Below, one piece after another: positions 61,390 through 64,000 of a stretch of 64,000 bases of DNA. Positions within the stretch are counted from its first letter, which is position 1; each line of letters opens with the position of its first letter. The position numbers and the translations under genes are program-made. Source of the stretch: Rhizophagus irregularis. Its lineage: Eukaryota. The stretch spans positions 5,022,001-5,086,000 of the forward strand of contig NC_089434.1 in NCBI RefSeq assembly GCF_026210795.1. Reading direction: 5' to 3'. Below the pieces are notes generated by a model, which had not been told where the DNA came from, did no database searches, and worked only from the letters and a program-made list of their open reading frames with translations.

Positions 61390-61850
61390 TTTTTTTCGTC
61401 TTCCGGGCCAGTCCAACTTGAGCCCGGCATGGTATACATTTATAAATTCATCCATTTTTTTCGTCTTTCGGGCGAATTATCAATCAGCTGGCATGACAAA
61501 TATTAATGAATTCATCCATTTTTTTCGTCTTCCGGGCCAGTCCAATTTGAATTATCAATCAGCCCGGAATTTATAAACTCATCTAATGGACATGAATTAT
61601 CAATCAGCCCGGAATTTATAAACTCATCTAATGGACATGAATTATCAATCAGCTGGCATGATAAATATTAATGAATTCATCCATTTTTTTCGTCTTTCGG
61701 GCCAGTCCCAATTTGAATTATCAATCAGCCCGGAATTTATAAACTCATCTAACGGATGATTTATAAACTCATCTAACGGATGATTTATAAACTCATCTAA
61801 TGGATGATTTATAAACTCATCTAATGGATGATTTATATGGATGATTCATA
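61390..61850. repeat. Compound tandem array (24-bp and 45-bp units, plus TTTTTTCGTCTT(C/T)CGGGC blocks)
   Basis: GATGATTTATAAACTCATCTAA(C/T)G x4; AATTATCAATCAGCCCGGAATTTATAAACTCATCTAATGGACATG x2-3. Confidence 0.9.
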
Positions 61851-64000
61851 TGACACTATAATGTAAATAGGCCATATATATATACCTATATGTTATAACT
61901 ATTTTCATCATGTGGACGACTCTAACAGTCAAGAGAATTCATGATGTATATAAATAATGAAATAATAATCTATTAGAATTAAATTTGTAATTCCATTAAA
62001 TCTTTTCTTCTTGATAATTTCATATTTACAATTTTTAACCGTCGAATTCGTCGGAATTCATGAATTTTGTGTCTTTTTTCATCAAAATTAATCTCTTTTT
62101 CTTGATAATCTATATTTACAATTTGCAATCCATCGAATTCGTCGGAATTCATACAAAATCCCAAATTTGGTTAAGGTAAACTTCGGGTTCAAAGCCTTGA
62201 GATGTGTAAGATTCTTGTGTTGTGTTCATAATCCTCGTTGTGATTCATATAAATGTTGCTCAAGTCGCGAGTTTTACTGAATCGTAGACATCACTAATGA
62301 TTCGCGATTGTGATTTTCATCATAAATGTTGCTCAAGTCACGAGTTTTACAGAATCACGAGTTAATCCAATTTTAGAATTTGAACTATTGAGCCATAAAT
62401 TAGCCATAGTGTAAACGAACCGTTGCTATGTAAATACCGAATCAGCCAACCTGACGCATTATCATTTATGTTATAAACATCTATGTTACCCTTGTTATGT
62501 TATTACCCTTGTTATGTTATTTATCTTAGGTAGAGTTTCTTGGTAGTAGAAAGAATAAGATTAAGCTGCCTATCCATTTGTGATGATCCATAGTAAATTC
62601 GGCGGTGCCATCATTTTGACATTTTTAGTTTTAAAATAAAATATATAATTTTTTTCAATTTCAAATAAAAAGAATTTGGGATACTTATTAATATTAACGT
62701 TTTAAAAGTACTTTTCTTTTGTGTTTTAAAACGATGATCTAGTGTAAAATGATCTCAGACATAAAATAATTTGAGAATCACAGTTAAAAAGTAGTCATAT
62801 TTAAAAAAGCAGTCGGGTTTAAGAAATAGTCCTATTTGAGAATATTTGAAGAATAGGCAAGCTTGAATAATAAGAAAATTTGAAGAATAGGCATGTTTGA
62901 AAAATAGCTATGATTAAAAAATAGCCGTCATGTTTGAAAAAATAGTCATAATTAAAAAAGTAGTAGTCAGATTTTTTGTCGCGTAATTTAAAAGAAATTT
63001 ATTAAGCGTGAATATGGCTGTATCAGGCTGTAAAGAAGTTATGCTTTTATCCGTATTTGGTGTCTGGAACCTTTAATATTTCTACATTTAGTAATTTTTG
63101 ATAACAATTTTGTTAATCATAATTGACGAGTTATTAATCTAGTTTGAATGATAAAATCAGTAATTATCAATCTACTGATCATCCAAGTAATGAAAAGTAA
63201 TGAGTTAAGCCAGTTAAGCCGCAAAAAAAACAGCAAATCGTAATTGTAAATCGATCGACAACTAGGCTTGTATACTGAATACGTTATTGTGGTAATTAAT
63301 CGGGGGGAAGATTTTAGAGGTTGTACAATACCATTTGTTTGCTTCGAAAAATGAAAGAAACCTATTAAGATAATTAATTTGTATCTTACTTAATGATTTT
63401 TAAGCAATTATTTTTTTTTTTTTACGAAAAAATTCAGTTCCCCTGAATTTCACAAATATAAAGTTGACAACGAAATCATTGAAACCAAAAAAAGAGTTAT
63501 TGAATAACCAATCATTCAAATCAACAGTATCAATTATTATAATTATTTCACCGATTTACAAATTTATTTACAATTTATTTACAACTTAATAAACCTGTAA
63601 TTTAGCCGGAGTATCGTATAACCCGAAACTATAATAATTAAGGAAAACTTAAACTTTAAATATTCACATATAATAAAAATAATTGTTTTCCGTATTTTAC
63701 CATTTTTTTTTAAAATTACAAAAATTTGTTTGTATTTTTTGTAACGAAGTACTAAAAAAATAAATAAATAAATAAATAAATTTTTTTAACAATCAGAGAA
63801 AAAATAAAAACAAAAATAACTATTTTTTTTTTAAATTTTAATTAAAATCTATTTCTAATTTTATTAAATCTATTTCTAATTTATTAAAACTATTTCTATT
63901 TTATTAAACCTATTTTTAAATTTAATAAAAAATAATATTTATAATAAAACTATATTTTTTCATATATTTTTTTGATTATTTTAATTTCTTTGTAGAAAAA

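Overview
Very AT-rich eukaryotic DNA with short GT-AG introns, probably fungal. A Glomeromycotina-like source is inferred from composition, TE repertoire and a MATA-type HMG gene. The window is mostly nested DNA transposons and decayed genes. TEs: two inverted copies of a dead Helitron-like Rep-PIF1 element (839-4572 + and 51096-~56170 -), a Zator-like DD43E element, a full-length MULE with a TTAGGG-like array in its intron, a near-intact pogo/Tigger element, a non-autonomous hAT, several MITEs with clean TSDs, and LINE relics. Host genes: an intact HMG-box gene, a 3-exon CENP-W-like gene missed by the ORF track, and pseudogenes of EED/ESC and probably TPX2. The most unusual signal is a ~113-bp symmetric module (ATCTC box, 56 bp, central palindrome, 56 bp, GAGAT box) that recurs five times with identical spacing in three apparently unrelated elements. 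A candidate structured ncRNA lies at ~44.24-44.48 kb. All calls come from manual reading and motif recognition; no database searches were run.
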